DNA of 55,653 bases from Anaerolineales bacterium (GTDB lineage: Bacteria > Chloroflexota > Anaerolineae > Anaerolineales > Villigracilaceae). The notes beneath the pieces are model-generated. The model ran no database searches. It was given only the letters and a program-made list of their open reading frames with translations, and was not told the origin of the DNA. How positions within the stretch are numbered: position 1 is the stretch's first letter; each line of letters begins with the position of its first letter. Where the stretch lies: positions 1 through 55,653 of the forward strand of contig DAOTZM010000088.1 in NCBI GenBank assembly GCA_034434035.1, written 5' to 3'. The translations under genes and the position numbers were made by a program. Below, one piece after another: positions 15,894-25,166 of the stretch.

Positions 15894-18620
15894 TTACGAA
15901 TTACCATTCTCGCTCTCCTCCACTTCCTCCCAGCCCGTGACCATGCCGCGCATGGCTTCGAGCGGTGCCGCGCCGGTGGTGGTGAGATAGACGTGTCCGA
16001 CGATAAAAGCGGCCAGCAGCCAGGCCGCCAGGCTGTGGAAAGGCGCCAGGACGGGCAGGCCGCCAAACCAACCGGCAACCTGCGGCCACTGCTGCACGCC
16101 CCACATCAGCGCGCCGGTGAGCATTTGGAGCGGGAGCAAAACGGTCAGCAGGCCGAAGTAGGTTATCTGCTGGAGCGGGTTCAATTTTTTCTCACGACGC
16201 TTCTCGAAGGGATGCGGTTCGCCCTTGAAAATCCCAACAACATAGAACTTGACCTGCACCACCATATCGTTGATGATGCCGACCGGCTTGAGGAAGTTGG
16301 GAATGTACTGGCGGACTTCGCCGGTGGTGACATGCCAGAACAGCGACATCAGGAAGTTCAGCACCAAGATGGCCGCCAGCACATTATGAATCAGCACCAT
16401 GTGGCGGAAGGAGAACGCGCCAAAGATGTCAGGACGGTGGATGGCCAGGCCGGTAAAGAGCAGGAAGACAATCGCAAAGGTCTGAAGCCAGTGCCAGAAG
16501 CGCTCGTATGCCTCGTACATGTAAACGCGCTTGAGGGCGGGCGCATGTTTGGGGTGTTTGAGCGACGAGAGATAGCGGAATGTGCCATGCCCGGCGACGC
16601 CGAACAACGTTCCGACGAAGGCCAGCGCGCCAAACCAATCAATCCAGTGGATTCGGTCGCGGCCAAAGACGTAGACGCCGTCCTTCATCGTAACCGGCTG
16701 GTAGAACAGCGCGCCATCCTCCCCGCTGATAATTTCTCCGGTCACGTTGACATTGCTATCGCTGACAAACTGCGGCAGCACGCCCGCCGGAGCATAAGCG
16801 GCCAGTTGTAAAGGCGCGGTGACGCGCGAATCGCTGGTGTGGCAGGTGGTGCATTCGCGGATGGCATGGCCGCGTCCGGCAACATTGTGATTGATGCTGT
16901 AAGGCTGCACCTGCCCCTCGATGTGCGGATTGTTCAATCCAAGCGCTTCGAGCCGGGCGGCGACAACCGCCTGCTTTTCGAAGGAATCGGTGCGCAATTC
17001 AGCCGAATCGAGCAAGCCGTTTTTATCGCTATCGAAGGCCGCCAGGATTTCGGGCGCGTACTGACCATTGACAAGATACGCGGCCTGTAAATCGAATTCG
17101 CGCACCGGGCGCGGGCCGTTCTCCCCGTCGTAAACCCAATAGAAAGATGTCACCAGGTTGTACGGGGCAAGCAGTTTTTGTCCGTCGATGTTGGTGCGCT
17201 GCATGAGAACGGGCTGGAAGCCGGTTACCAGGCTGTTGACCGTATCGCCGCCAGTCAGACCCCGGCACAAATTGGCAGGTGAACCATCCAGGCTGACCAC
17301 CGTCCAGTCGTAGGATTGGATGGCGGGGGCGTACATCTGCGGGATGTGGCAGGCTTCGCAAGCCACAACGGTCATGTGCCGTTCGGTGTAAGGCAGCCAA
17401 TCATTGTGGGCTGGAACGGCGTCGTGGCACGACTCGCAGCGCCGCATGGAATCTTTCGACTCAGGCGCGACAGTAAACTGGGCGCTCTGCCCGCGCGCGA
17501 AGTTGTGGTCGGGGCGTTGCAGGTATTCGCCGATTTCCAGTTTGCGCGGGTCGTAGGTCAGGTGGTCGGGGGAAGTCGCCGCAATGGTCTGGGCATGGAT
17601 GGGATTGTTGAGCGAGTAGTGACAATCGGTGCATTTCAGGGCGCGCTCGGCGTGGATGTCCCAGGAACGGGTCAGGGTTTGCTTGTCTTTCAGGTTGACG
17701 CCCGAAGCGGAAATTTTTTGCGCGGCAATCACCTGTCCGGTAGTGGCGGTCTTGGGATAGGACATATCGCAGGCCGAGATAACCAGCGGAGAATCGCTGC
17801 TGGCGTGGACTTCACCGTGACAGGCGGCGCAGTTTTCGTTAGCGGGGTCCTGGAGCAGGACAAATTCCGGTTTGAGTTTGCCGTCCTCGCCAAAGGCGGC
17901 GGGATTGTAGGTAAACGTCTCGCCTGACTTTTCGACCCAGCCCATGCCAACCAGGGTGGCGGTGTTGGCCTGCCCAAAGCGCCCAGCCTTGATTTCGGCG
18001 GCGCGGGCTTCCGTGTTAGGGCTGGGCAGATGGCACAGGAAGCAGTTCATCTCCATCACGCCGGAGGCCTGCCAATCCCACGCTTCCGCCTGGCCGGTTT
18101 CGGGATTGAGGAGGGAAGATTCAGGGTTGGAAGGGTCGGGGGGAATCTGTAAAAGGGAAAGTCCACTGCGGGAGGTGGTCGCCGGGCCGCCGCCGGGAAT
18201 CCGCTCCCCATAGTTCATCAACCACCCGGCGGTAGTCAGGTCGAGACGCTCATCGCCGGGCTGGGAGAGATAGCGGTAGGTGATGGGGTCCCACTTGCCG
18301 AACATGCCGTTGCTGGCGTTCAGGCCGTCCCCGGGCTGGTAAGCGCCCAGGCCGAGGTCGGCGTGGAAGCTGTGGGATTCGATGTAGGCGGCGTCGTGGC
18401 ACTGCCCGCAGGTCTGCATGGTGCTGACGGGCTGCCCGCTTTCCAAGACGTTTGCGCCGTCAGAGTCGAGCAGGGCAAAGGCCGGGTGGATGGGCGAAAC
18501 CTGTTGGGCAGGCGCAGCGGGCTGGTGGGCCAAGGCGTACGTGACGCCCAGGGCGGCGAGCGCAAGCAGGCTTAATCCGGCTGTCAGGAGCGATTTTCGA
18601 TGCAGGAAGATGGGTTTCAT
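15894..18620 (-). CDS. seven-heme c-type cytochrome fused to a membrane b-type cytochrome (FdnI/PhsC/HyaC-like) module
   Basis: Start MKPIFLHRKSLLTAGLSLLALAALG (signal/anchor) at 18620. Seven CxxCH motifs: CGQCH, CFLCH, CAACH, CTDCH, CESCH, CEACH, CTTCH. C-terminal 4-5 TM region has FWHWLQTFAIVFLLFTGLAIH. Confidence 0.75.
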   Translation of the reverse strand: MKPIFLHRKSLLTAGLSLLALAALGVTYALAHQPAAPAQQVSPIHPAFALLDSDGANVLESGQPVSTMQTCGQCHDAAYIESHSFHADLGLGAYQPGDGLNASNGMFGKWDPITYRYLSQPGDERLDLTTAGWLMNYGERIPGGGPATTSRSGLSLLQIPPDPSNPESSLLNPETGQAEAWDWQASGVMEMNCFLCHLPSPNTEARAAEIKAGRFGQANTATLVGMGWVEKSGETFTYNPAAFGEDGKLKPEFVLLQDPANENCAACHGEVHASSDSPLVISACDMSYPKTATTGQVIAAQKISASGVNLKDKQTLTRSWDIHAERALKCTDCHYSLNNPIHAQTIAATSPDHLTYDPRKLEIGEYLQRPDHNFARGQSAQFTVAPESKDSMRRCESCHDAVPAHNDWLPYTERHMTVVACEACHIPQMYAPAIQSYDWTVVSLDGSPANLCRGLTGGDTVNSLVTGFQPVLMQRTNIDGQKLLAPYNLVTSFYWVYDGENGPRPVREFDLQAAYLVNGQYAPEILAAFDSDKNGLLDSAELRTDSFEKQAVVAARLEALGLNNPHIEGQVQPYSINHNVAGRGHAIRECTTCHTSDSRVTAPLQLAAYAPAGVLPQFVSDSNVNVTGEIISGEDGALFYQPVTMKDGVYVFGRDRIHWIDWFGALAFVGTLFGVAGHGTFRYLSSLKHPKHAPALKRVYMYEAYERFWHWLQTFAIVFLLFTGLAIHRPDIFGAFSFRHMVLIHNVLAAILVLNFLMSLFWHVTTGEVRQYIPNFLKPVGIINDMVVQVKFYVVGIFKGEPHPFEKRREKKLNPLQQITYFGLLTVLLPLQMLTGALMWGVQQWPQVAGWFGGLPVLAPFHSLAAWLLAAFIVGHVYLTTTGAAPLEAMRGMVTGWEEVEESENGNS

Positions 18621-18667
18621 GGGTTCATCCGTTGCTTTATCTGGCATTGGACAGGATAAATCCTGTC

Positions 18668-20143
18668 CTACTTGCGCCCGCCCCATTTGAGGGGGTCGCC
18701 GGGGTAGCCGAGGGCTTGCCAGTCCATGCGCCCGTTTTCGCTGTGGCAATCGCTGCATTGCAGGGCGTTTTCTTTGGGCTGGACCATGTGCGTAATCGGC
18801 CAATACATGTAGGTTTCGGTGAAACCGTAATTGCCGCTGTATGCCAACCCGGTGCGTTCCTGGGCCAGGCGGAAGGCGCTATCCCAATCGAAGGTCGTCC
18901 AGTAACCATCCGGCCCGGAGGTGATGGGAGCCAGCAGGTAGTTATAGCCGGTGTCATAGGGCTGGTTGCCAACATGCAATTTGAAGGGGAAAATCTTGGC
19001 GGTCGGGTCTTTAATATCCCCGGCAACTTTGTTGATGTATGTGACCTGGGTCGGGTCGATTTTGTCGCCCAGCAGGTAGCGGTACTCCAGGTTGCCGTTG
19101 AACCACAGGTAGGTGGGTTGGACGTTTTTCTGGTAGACGAAGTTGCCCTTGATTTTCAGGTAGGTGAAGTGGTCGTCGCCAATGTCCTGGCCGGAGGTGG
19201 ACCAATCCCACGAAACTTTGGTGGGGTCCTCGACCGCAAAGGCCGGGATATGACAGGTCTGGCAGGCCACCGAGTCCGTATGCAGGTTGATGCGCTCGTC
19301 GGTGTGTGGATTCTCGTTGTGACACTGGGTGCAGGAAACCTGCTCCGCCGGGTCGATGGTGAGATTATCAACCACGAGGCGGCCCTTGACCTGGTGATTG
19401 GTGGTCACATGGCAGTCGGTGCAGATGAAGTTGTTGCGCCCCATGTGGACATCCTGGCTTTCGGATGGGTAGATGAGGCTCTGGTCGAGGTCGCCGTGCT
19501 TCACGCCGTTGCCTCCGCCGCCGTTAAAATGGCAGTTCCCGCACGACTGGCGGGTGGGCGCGGCGACCGAACCGGCGGCTGCCACCAGGTTGACGCCTTC
19601 ACGAGGATTTCCATACGAACCTTTGGCGTATCCCGATTGGGCGTGGCAGATTAAGCAGTCGACGTTTTCGGGGTTTTCAAGATTGGCGCCATAGTTGCCA
19701 TCTTGAACATTTTCGTCTTCCTGCCAGTTGTAGCCGATATGACAACTGGTGCAACTTTTCTGGTTGCCCTTCGCGCTGATGCAGAAGTTGTTCATCTGGT
19801 TGAATTTGCCGATGGTGGCCGTTTCGCCATCACGCCAGGGAATCTCGAATTCCGGGCTTTGCCAGGTCCAGTGGCTGGTCATCATCACGTCGCTGGCGGC
19901 GTTCGGGTGGCACTCCAGGCAGGCGCGGGTGATGTCGGGGCCGGTGAGGGCGGCGGGGTCAACACCCTTGAATTTGGCGGCAATGATGTCGGCGTGCGGG
20001 ACATGCACGGGATGTTTGGGAACCGCCGCCCAGGGGTCATCGAGGGCGCGGGCGCTCTTGGGCCAGAGCGCAATCAGCGGGACGAGCAGGACGGCCAGGA
20101 TGCCAATCAGTCCCAGAAGCCAGTAGGGTTTTACTTTCGTCAT
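18668..20143 (-). CDS. octaheme c-type cytochrome, tetrathionate-reductase (OTR) family-like
   Basis: 491 aa with an N-terminal TM/signal. Eight CxxCH motifs: CLECH, CTSCH, CLICH, CGNCH, CTDCH, CTQCH, CQTCH, CSDCH. N-terminal CLECH...MMTSHWTW resembles OTR. AAGGAG SD. Confidence 0.7.
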   Translation of the reverse strand: MTKVKPYWLLGLIGILAVLLVPLIALWPKSARALDDPWAAVPKHPVHVPHADIIAAKFKGVDPAALTGPDITRACLECHPNAASDVMMTSHWTWQSPEFEIPWRDGETATIGKFNQMNNFCISAKGNQKSCTSCHIGYNWQEDENVQDGNYGANLENPENVDCLICHAQSGYAKGSYGNPREGVNLVAAAGSVAAPTRQSCGNCHFNGGGGNGVKHGDLDQSLIYPSESQDVHMGRNNFICTDCHVTTNHQVKGRLVVDNLTIDPAEQVSCTQCHNENPHTDERINLHTDSVACQTCHIPAFAVEDPTKVSWDWSTSGQDIGDDHFTYLKIKGNFVYQKNVQPTYLWFNGNLEYRYLLGDKIDPTQVTYINKVAGDIKDPTAKIFPFKLHVGNQPYDTGYNYLLAPITSGPDGYWTTFDWDSAFRLAQERTGLAYSGNYGFTETYMYWPITHMVQPKENALQCSDCHSENGRMDWQALGYPGDPLKWGGRK

Positions 20144-20213
20144 TGCATTCTCCTTTGCCCTTCACCCCGGCCCTCTCCCGATGAGAGAGGGAGCAGAGGT
20201 AAAGATGCGTACA

Positions 20214-20552
20214 TTACGCGTCAATCTCTTCCATCAAGTTTGCGCGGTAGGCGATGCGGTCGCGCAGGACGCTGCGCAGCAGGTCGAGGGCCTGGATGAG
20301 GCGTTTGTCGTTCAGTTCGTATTGGATGACCACGCCCTGCCGGTTGGGGCGCACCAGGCCCCGGTCGCGCAGGATTTTCAGGTGGCGCGAGGCGGTGGGC
20401 TGGGTGATGTTCAATTCCTGGGTCAGTTCGGTCACGTTGCGCGGCTGCTCATCGAGCGCGTAGAGCAACAAAATACGGGTCGGGTCGGCGAGGGCGAAGC
20501 ACAAATCGGCTTCGAGTTGGGAAACTTCCTGGGCTAAGGTTTGTGAAATCAT
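20214..20552 (-). CDS. ArsR/SmtB-family transcriptional regulator
   Basis: 112 aa. LADPTRILLLYAL...NVTELTQELNITQPTASRHLKILRDRGLV is a winged helix-turn-helix. Confidence 0.85.
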   Translation of the reverse strand: MISQTLAQEVSQLEADLCFALADPTRILLLYALDEQPRNVTELTQELNITQPTASRHLKILRDRGLVRPNRQGVVIQYELNDKRLIQALDLLRSVLRDRIAYRANLMEEIDA

Positions 20553-20676
20553 GGTAAAGCCTGCCTTGTATGCAAATAAGCGAATATATACATATCAACT
20601 ATATCACCGCCGGGCAAACATGACATAGCGATAGTTGTCACAAAAATCGCGGAGCATTGTCATAGAAGGTGGAATC

Positions 20677-20706
20677 AAAAAGGCTGCCCTTTCGGGCAGC
20701 CTTTTT
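20677..20706. terminator. intrinsic terminator (AAAAAGGCTGCCC-TTTC-GGGCAGCCTTTTT)
   Basis: 13-bp stem flanked by A- and T-runs, 17 nt downstream of the rhodanese gene stop on the minus strand. Confidence 0.8.
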
Positions 20707-20722
20707 GATTCTTGAAAATCGT

Positions 20723-22462
20723 TTACTTCACAACCGGCAATTCCGCGGCAATCCAGGAATTCATACCGCCGTTCAGGTTGCGGACGTTGGTGTAGCCCAG
20801 GGCTTGCAGGTACATCTGGGCAACCGCGCCGCGATGACCGGAAGCGCACAACACGACGATGGGAGCGGCTTTGTCAGCGGGCAGTTGGGCCAGGTTGGCG
20901 GGCAGGTCGTTGACCGGAACCAGCACCGCGCCTGCGATGTGACCTTTTTCGTCCCATTCGGTCTGGCGGCGGACATCGAGCAGGAACGGCACCGTCCCGC
21001 CGGTGATTTCAGCGTTCAGGTCGGGGCCTTTGACCGAGCCAAAGCCGGCGGTGGGCAGGTTGGTCAGGTAGGCATCCAGGTAGGCCAGGCGGATGGCGTC
21101 TACAGCGGGGGCGGTCCCGGCAGTTGGGGCAACGGGAGCGCCTTTTTCGACGGGCAGTTCGGCCTTAACCCAGCCGTTCATGCCGCCGCCCAGGTTGACG
21201 ACATCGGCGTAACCCAGCAACCGCAGGGAAGCCATCGCATACGCGCCGCGGTGGCCGGAGGCGCAAACCACGACAATTTTCGCGTCCTGAGCGGGAAGTT
21301 TGTCCAGATTCTTGAGCAGGTCGCGGATGGGCAGGTTGACCGCGCCGGCGATAAAGCCATTGGCTTCGAGTTCAGACGGTTCGCGCACATCCACAATGAA
21401 AGGCGGATTCTCGGCCAGCATTTCATTCAGTTTTGCGCCGGAGACCGAGTAGAAGCCCTGGTCGGCGGGCAGGTTGGTCAGGAATTCGGCGAAAGTGGCA
21501 GGCCAATCGACCCAACCGACGACCGGCAGTTTGGCCGCTTTCCAGGCGTTCAGGCCGCCGTTCAGGTTGGTGACATCGGTGTAGCCCATCATGCGCAGGG
21601 CCATCAGGGTCATGCCGCCGCGGTGGCCGGAGGCGCAGTAAACGAGGACGGGGGCGTTCTTATCGGCGGGGAATTTATCCAGGCTGGTCAGGAAATCGGG
21701 GAAGGGGATGTGAGTCGCGCCTTCGATATAGCCGTCTTTGTCCCACTCAGCCTGGGAGCGAACATCCACGATAAAAGGCGACTTCTCGATGATGAATTCG
21801 GTGACTTTGTCAGATTTGACGGTGTAAAAGCCCTTATCGGCGGGCAGGCCCGAGAGGAAACCATCCAGGGCATCGAACAGGGCCTTATCTTCGACAATCG
21901 GGCTGCTGATGGCAGCCGCTTCCGCCGGGACGCCCTTTTCAAGCGGCAGGCCAGCCTTTGTCCAGGCGCCAGTTCCACCGCCCAGGTTGACGACGTTGGT
22001 ATAGCCCAACATGCGCAGGGCCATCATCGCCATGCTGCCGCGGTGGCCGGAGGCGCAGTAGATGACAATCTGGTCATCCAGGCCGGGCAGTTTATCCAGG
22101 TTTTGCAGGATACCGCGCACCGGGAGGTTGATTGCGCCTGCGATAAAGCCGTTGGCTTCCAGTTCGGCGGGTTCGCGCACATCGACCAGGAAGACGGGCT
22201 TTTCGGCCAGCTGTTCATTGAGTTTGGCCGCGCTGATGGAGCCGTAGCTCTTATCAGCCGGAACGCTGGCCCAGAACTCGGCGAAAAGGGCCATCAGGTC
22301 CAGTTCCGGCTCAGCGACAACCACCGGTTCTTCGACCACCACAGCCTCAGTGGGGGCCGGCGCCTGGGTGGGAGCGGGAGCCGGGGTAGGCGTGGCGCAG
22401 GCGCCCAGCACGAGGCTGAATAACAGCGCCATGACAACGATAAAGTGAACTTTCTTGGTCAT
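20723..22462 (-). CDS. lipoprotein with four tandem rhodanese (sulfurtransferase) domains
   Basis: Start MTKKVHF at 22462 (AAGGAGAAG SD). Lipobox LVLGAC. Four active-site loops C-A-S-G-H-R-G. Confidence 0.85.
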   Translation of the reverse strand: MTKKVHFIVVMALLFSLVLGACATPTPAPAPTQAPAPTEAVVVEEPVVVAEPELDLMALFAEFWASVPADKSYGSISAAKLNEQLAEKPVFLVDVREPAELEANGFIAGAINLPVRGILQNLDKLPGLDDQIVIYCASGHRGSMAMMALRMLGYTNVVNLGGGTGAWTKAGLPLEKGVPAEAAAISSPIVEDKALFDALDGFLSGLPADKGFYTVKSDKVTEFIIEKSPFIVDVRSQAEWDKDGYIEGATHIPFPDFLTSLDKFPADKNAPVLVYCASGHRGGMTLMALRMMGYTDVTNLNGGLNAWKAAKLPVVGWVDWPATFAEFLTNLPADQGFYSVSGAKLNEMLAENPPFIVDVREPSELEANGFIAGAVNLPIRDLLKNLDKLPAQDAKIVVVCASGHRGAYAMASLRLLGYADVVNLGGGMNGWVKAELPVEKGAPVAPTAGTAPAVDAIRLAYLDAYLTNLPTAGFGSVKGPDLNAEITGGTVPFLLDVRRQTEWDEKGHIAGAVLVPVNDLPANLAQLPADKAAPIVVLCASGHRGAVAQMYLQALGYTNVRNLNGGMNSWIAAELPVVK

Positions 22463-22510
22463 TTTCTTCTCCTTGAAAAAGGCGCGCATACCCTTGCGGG
22501 CACACGACGA

Positions 22511-23650
22511 TTAGGGCGCGCCAATCGCTGGCGGCACTTCAGGGACAATCACAGGCTGGTTGGCCTGGAGTTCCTCAGGGGAGACCTTGTCAGCGGTCAG
22601 GAAAATATCCGGGTTGCCGTGACAGGCGTTGCAGGATGCGTTCTGCGGGGTCTTGCGCTGGATGTTGTGCGGGGTGGCAAAGGCCCAGGTCGGCAGGGCG
22701 TCGAAGTTGGGCAGCAAGTTCTCGCCATAATATTCGTACGAGGTCGGCGAAATCGGGACATGCCGCACGACAACATACTCATAAGGACGATGATAGTTTT
22801 GGAGTGGATTCAACCCGATGAAGAAACTCATGTAACTGCGCTCGGTTTTGAAAAACGGATTGCCGGTTTTCTCGCTGATGGCAACATGGCAGCCATCGCA
22901 ACTCATGTAAGAAACCGAATGGCAGACCTGGCAGGCCAGTTTATCGCCGTGCAGGACGTGCTGGACAACCGGGTCACCCTGCTTGCCGACCGTTTCGTGG
23001 CAGGATTCACACGACGGACTCTGCGCGCCGGAATAACGGTTCGTCACCTGGTAGGCCGCCTGGCTGGTGTCATGACACTGGGTGCAGGCCGCTTCCGAGT
23101 TGTGCATTTCGGCCCCGCTGTGGCAGGAGATACAGTTCATGCGCCCCTGGCGGAAGTGGACATCGCCGGGGATTTCTTCATTCTTGCCGAGATATTCGTT
23201 TCCCACCCGGCTGCCGTGGCAGGCCGTGCAGTTGCGGGTCATGGATGGAGTCTTATTGATGACATGCCCGGAGATGAAACCGCCGCCAACCGAGCCTGGC
23301 TGGCTGATGTGGCAATCGCCGCAGGAGGTGTGGCAGGATGAACAATGGTTGCCAAACATCGTCTCAAGGTCTTTGTGATTTTCAGGCGCACCGCGGGCAT
23401 TCAGGGTATCCCAATAGCCGCTCAGCGAAACGTGCAGGCTCTTCTCGAAGTGTTCAGACTGGTCACCATGACATGCCGCGCAGGTTTCACCCTTGCCGCT
23501 TGGGTCGGCAACCAGGCCAGTGTGAGCAGTTTCCATATCCGGCGACTGCTGGCCTCCGTGACAATAGGTGCAGGCCATCTGACCGTGCGCGGTGGCGAGG
23601 AAGGCCTCGCGCGTGACGAACACTTTCTCCCATGGCTCCAACGGAGCCAC
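22511..23650 (-). CDS. eleven-heme c-type cytochrome lacking its own signal peptide; in frame with the upstream ORF across a UGA
   Basis: 11 CxxCH motifs counted. GTG start is only nominal. The reading frame is continuous with 23660-23923 except for the TGA at 23660-23662. Confidence 0.7.
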   Translation of the reverse strand: MAPLEPWEKVFVTREAFLATAHGQMACTYCHGGQQSPDMETAHTGLVADPSGKGETCAACHGDQSEHFEKSLHVSLSGYWDTLNARGAPENHKDLETMFGNHCSSCHTSCGDCHISQPGSVGGGFISGHVINKTPSMTRNCTACHGSRVGNEYLGKNEEIPGDVHFRQGRMNCISCHSGAEMHNSEAACTQCHDTSQAAYQVTNRYSGAQSPSCESCHETVGKQGDPVVQHVLHGDKLACQVCHSVSYMSCDGCHVAISEKTGNPFFKTERSYMSFFIGLNPLQNYHRPYEYVVVRHVPISPTSYEYYGENLLPNFDALPTWAFATPHNIQRKTPQNASCNACHGNPDIFLTADKVSPEELQANQPVIVPEVPPAIGAP

Positions 23651-23659
23651 ATCGCCCCC

Positions 23660-23923
23660 TCAGCCAACCCCTTCAGATTCAGAGCCGTGCCCGGCTTCTT
23701 CTTCCTTTGCCAGGGCAGCCAGCTTATCCTTATCGGTATGGCACTCCAGGCAGTTATCTACGACCGGAACCAGCGTGGGGAGCGGGGTGGAGGTGGCAGC
23801 AACTGCCTCACCTGTCGGCGGGATTTCGGTTGCTCCTGAGGTCGCTTGCGAAGCGCAGGCAGACAGGGTCAGGGTTGCCAGGGTGAGCGCGATGAGGTGT
23901 TTGAGTTTAATCATGGATGTCAT
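23660..23923 (-). CDS. lipoprotein signal peptide plus single-heme (CLECH) segment; probable N-terminal part of the downstream multiheme cytochrome
   Basis: 87 aa. Lipobox LTLSAC and one CxxCH. Ends in the Gly-rich ...SESEGVG, then TGA, then GGDVAPLEPW in the same frame. Confidence 0.6.
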   Translation of the reverse strand: MTSMIKLKHLIALTLATLTLSACASQATSGATEIPPTGEAVAATSTPLPTLVPVVDNCLECHTDKDKLAALAKEEEAGHGSESEGVG

Positions 23924-24145
23924 CCTTTATTTTTGCGAACTTCGTCACAGTAAAATTTTACATCGATCGCCTAACCTGAATAGTGATAGATGTAACAATC
24001 GAATATTCACCTCGCTTATGGAAAACAATAAGTTTTGGTTTGCGTTTGGGCTATAATAATGTCCTGAAGATTGATGAAAAACGGTCAAAAGCGCCCTAAA
24101 AACCTTGGGGCGGTATTTGACTCCTATCCTTCGAAAAGGAGAGTT

Positions 24146-25096
24146 ATGCTCAACCTGGATTCGCTCCGTGTTTTCCTGACAGTGGCGGAACAAAGCAGTT
24201 TCAGCGAAGCAGGCCGCCGGCTTCACCTGACCCAGCCAGCCGTCAGCCAGAGTATTCAGGGCTTGGAAAAGCATCTGGGGGTACAGTTATTCACCCGCCA
24301 GGGCCGCTCAGTGCATTTGACTGAAGCGGGACAAGTGCTGGTCTCAATGGCGCGTGAATTGCTGACAGCGGCGCAGCGCGTCGAACAGACCATGCTTTCC
24401 CTGCACGGGGAGGTTGTCGGTGAGATGTCAGTCGGCTGCTCGACAGCCTCAGGCAAGTACCTGCTGCCGGGGCTGATTGCCCGCTTCCGCCATGAATATC
24501 CACAGGTACGCATCAACGTGCTCGTCATCAGCCGCGATTCGGTCATCCACAAACTGTTATCAGGCGAGGCCGCGCTCGGTGTTTCGAGCAAGATGATCGA
24601 ACACTACGACCTGGAATACCAGGATTTCTTCAAAGACGACGTTATCCTGGTTGCGCCTGCCGGGCACCGCTGGGCGCAATATCGCAAAATCTACCCGGAC
24701 GACCTGCTCGATGAACCCATCATCCTGCGGGAAGATGCCGCCGGAACCCGGGAAGTACTGCGGGACGGCCTGCTCAAATGCGATATTTCTCCCGATATGC
24801 TGAATGTGGCAATGGTGCTGGGCAACGCCGAGGCGATTGGCATGGCGGTCGAAGAGGGTCTGGGCGTCGCCTTCATCTCCCGCCTGGCCGCCGCGCGCGG
24901 GATGGCGCTGGGGCGGCTGGTGGAAGTGGAGGTCGCGGGTATGCAACTGACCCGCAACCTGTACATGGTTCGCAACCGCCGCCAACCGCTGACCCGCATG
25001 CAGGTGGAGTTTTGGGAATTTGTCAAAAAAGCGCAACTACCGGAAGGACGCGACGCCGTGCGGCTGGAAATGTCCGAGTCGGTCAAGGCCAGATAG
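24146..25096 (+). CDS. LysR-family transcriptional regulator
   Basis: Start MLNLDSLRVFLTVAE (AAAAGGAG SD). HTH SFSEAGRRLHLTQPAVSQSIQGLE. Divergent from the cytochrome cluster. Confidence 0.9.
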   Translation: MLNLDSLRVFLTVAEQSSFSEAGRRLHLTQPAVSQSIQGLEKHLGVQLFTRQGRSVHLTEAGQVLVSMARELLTAAQRVEQTMLSLHGEVVGEMSVGCSTASGKYLLPGLIARFRHEYPQVRINVLVISRDSVIHKLLSGEAALGVSSKMIEHYDLEYQDFFKDDVILVAPAGHRWAQYRKIYPDDLLDEPIILREDAAGTREVLRDGLLKCDISPDMLNVAMVLGNAEAIGMAVEEGLGVAFISRLAAARGMALGRLVEVEVAGMQLTRNLYMVRNRRQPLTRMQVEFWEFVKKAQLPEGRDAVRLEMSESVKAR

Positions 25097-25117
25097 AATC
25101 CTCCAGCCAAAATACAA

Positions 25118-25156
25118 AGAGACTGTCACTTCAAAAAGTGACAGTCTCTCTTTTTT
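25118..25156 (+). terminator. intrinsic terminator (13-bp stem AGAGACTGTCACT/AGTGACAGTCTCT, then T-run)
   Basis: Perfect hairpin followed by CTTTTTTCC, about 22 nt after the lysR-type stop and between convergent genes. Confidence 0.8.
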
Positions 25157-25166
25157 CCAAGCGGGT

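Noticed and set aside
23950-23961. Perfect palindrome GTAAAATTTTAC in the lysR/cytochrome divergent region as a LysR box
   Set aside because: It does not fit the T-N11-A spacing. A single occurrence cannot be supported as an operator from sequence alone.
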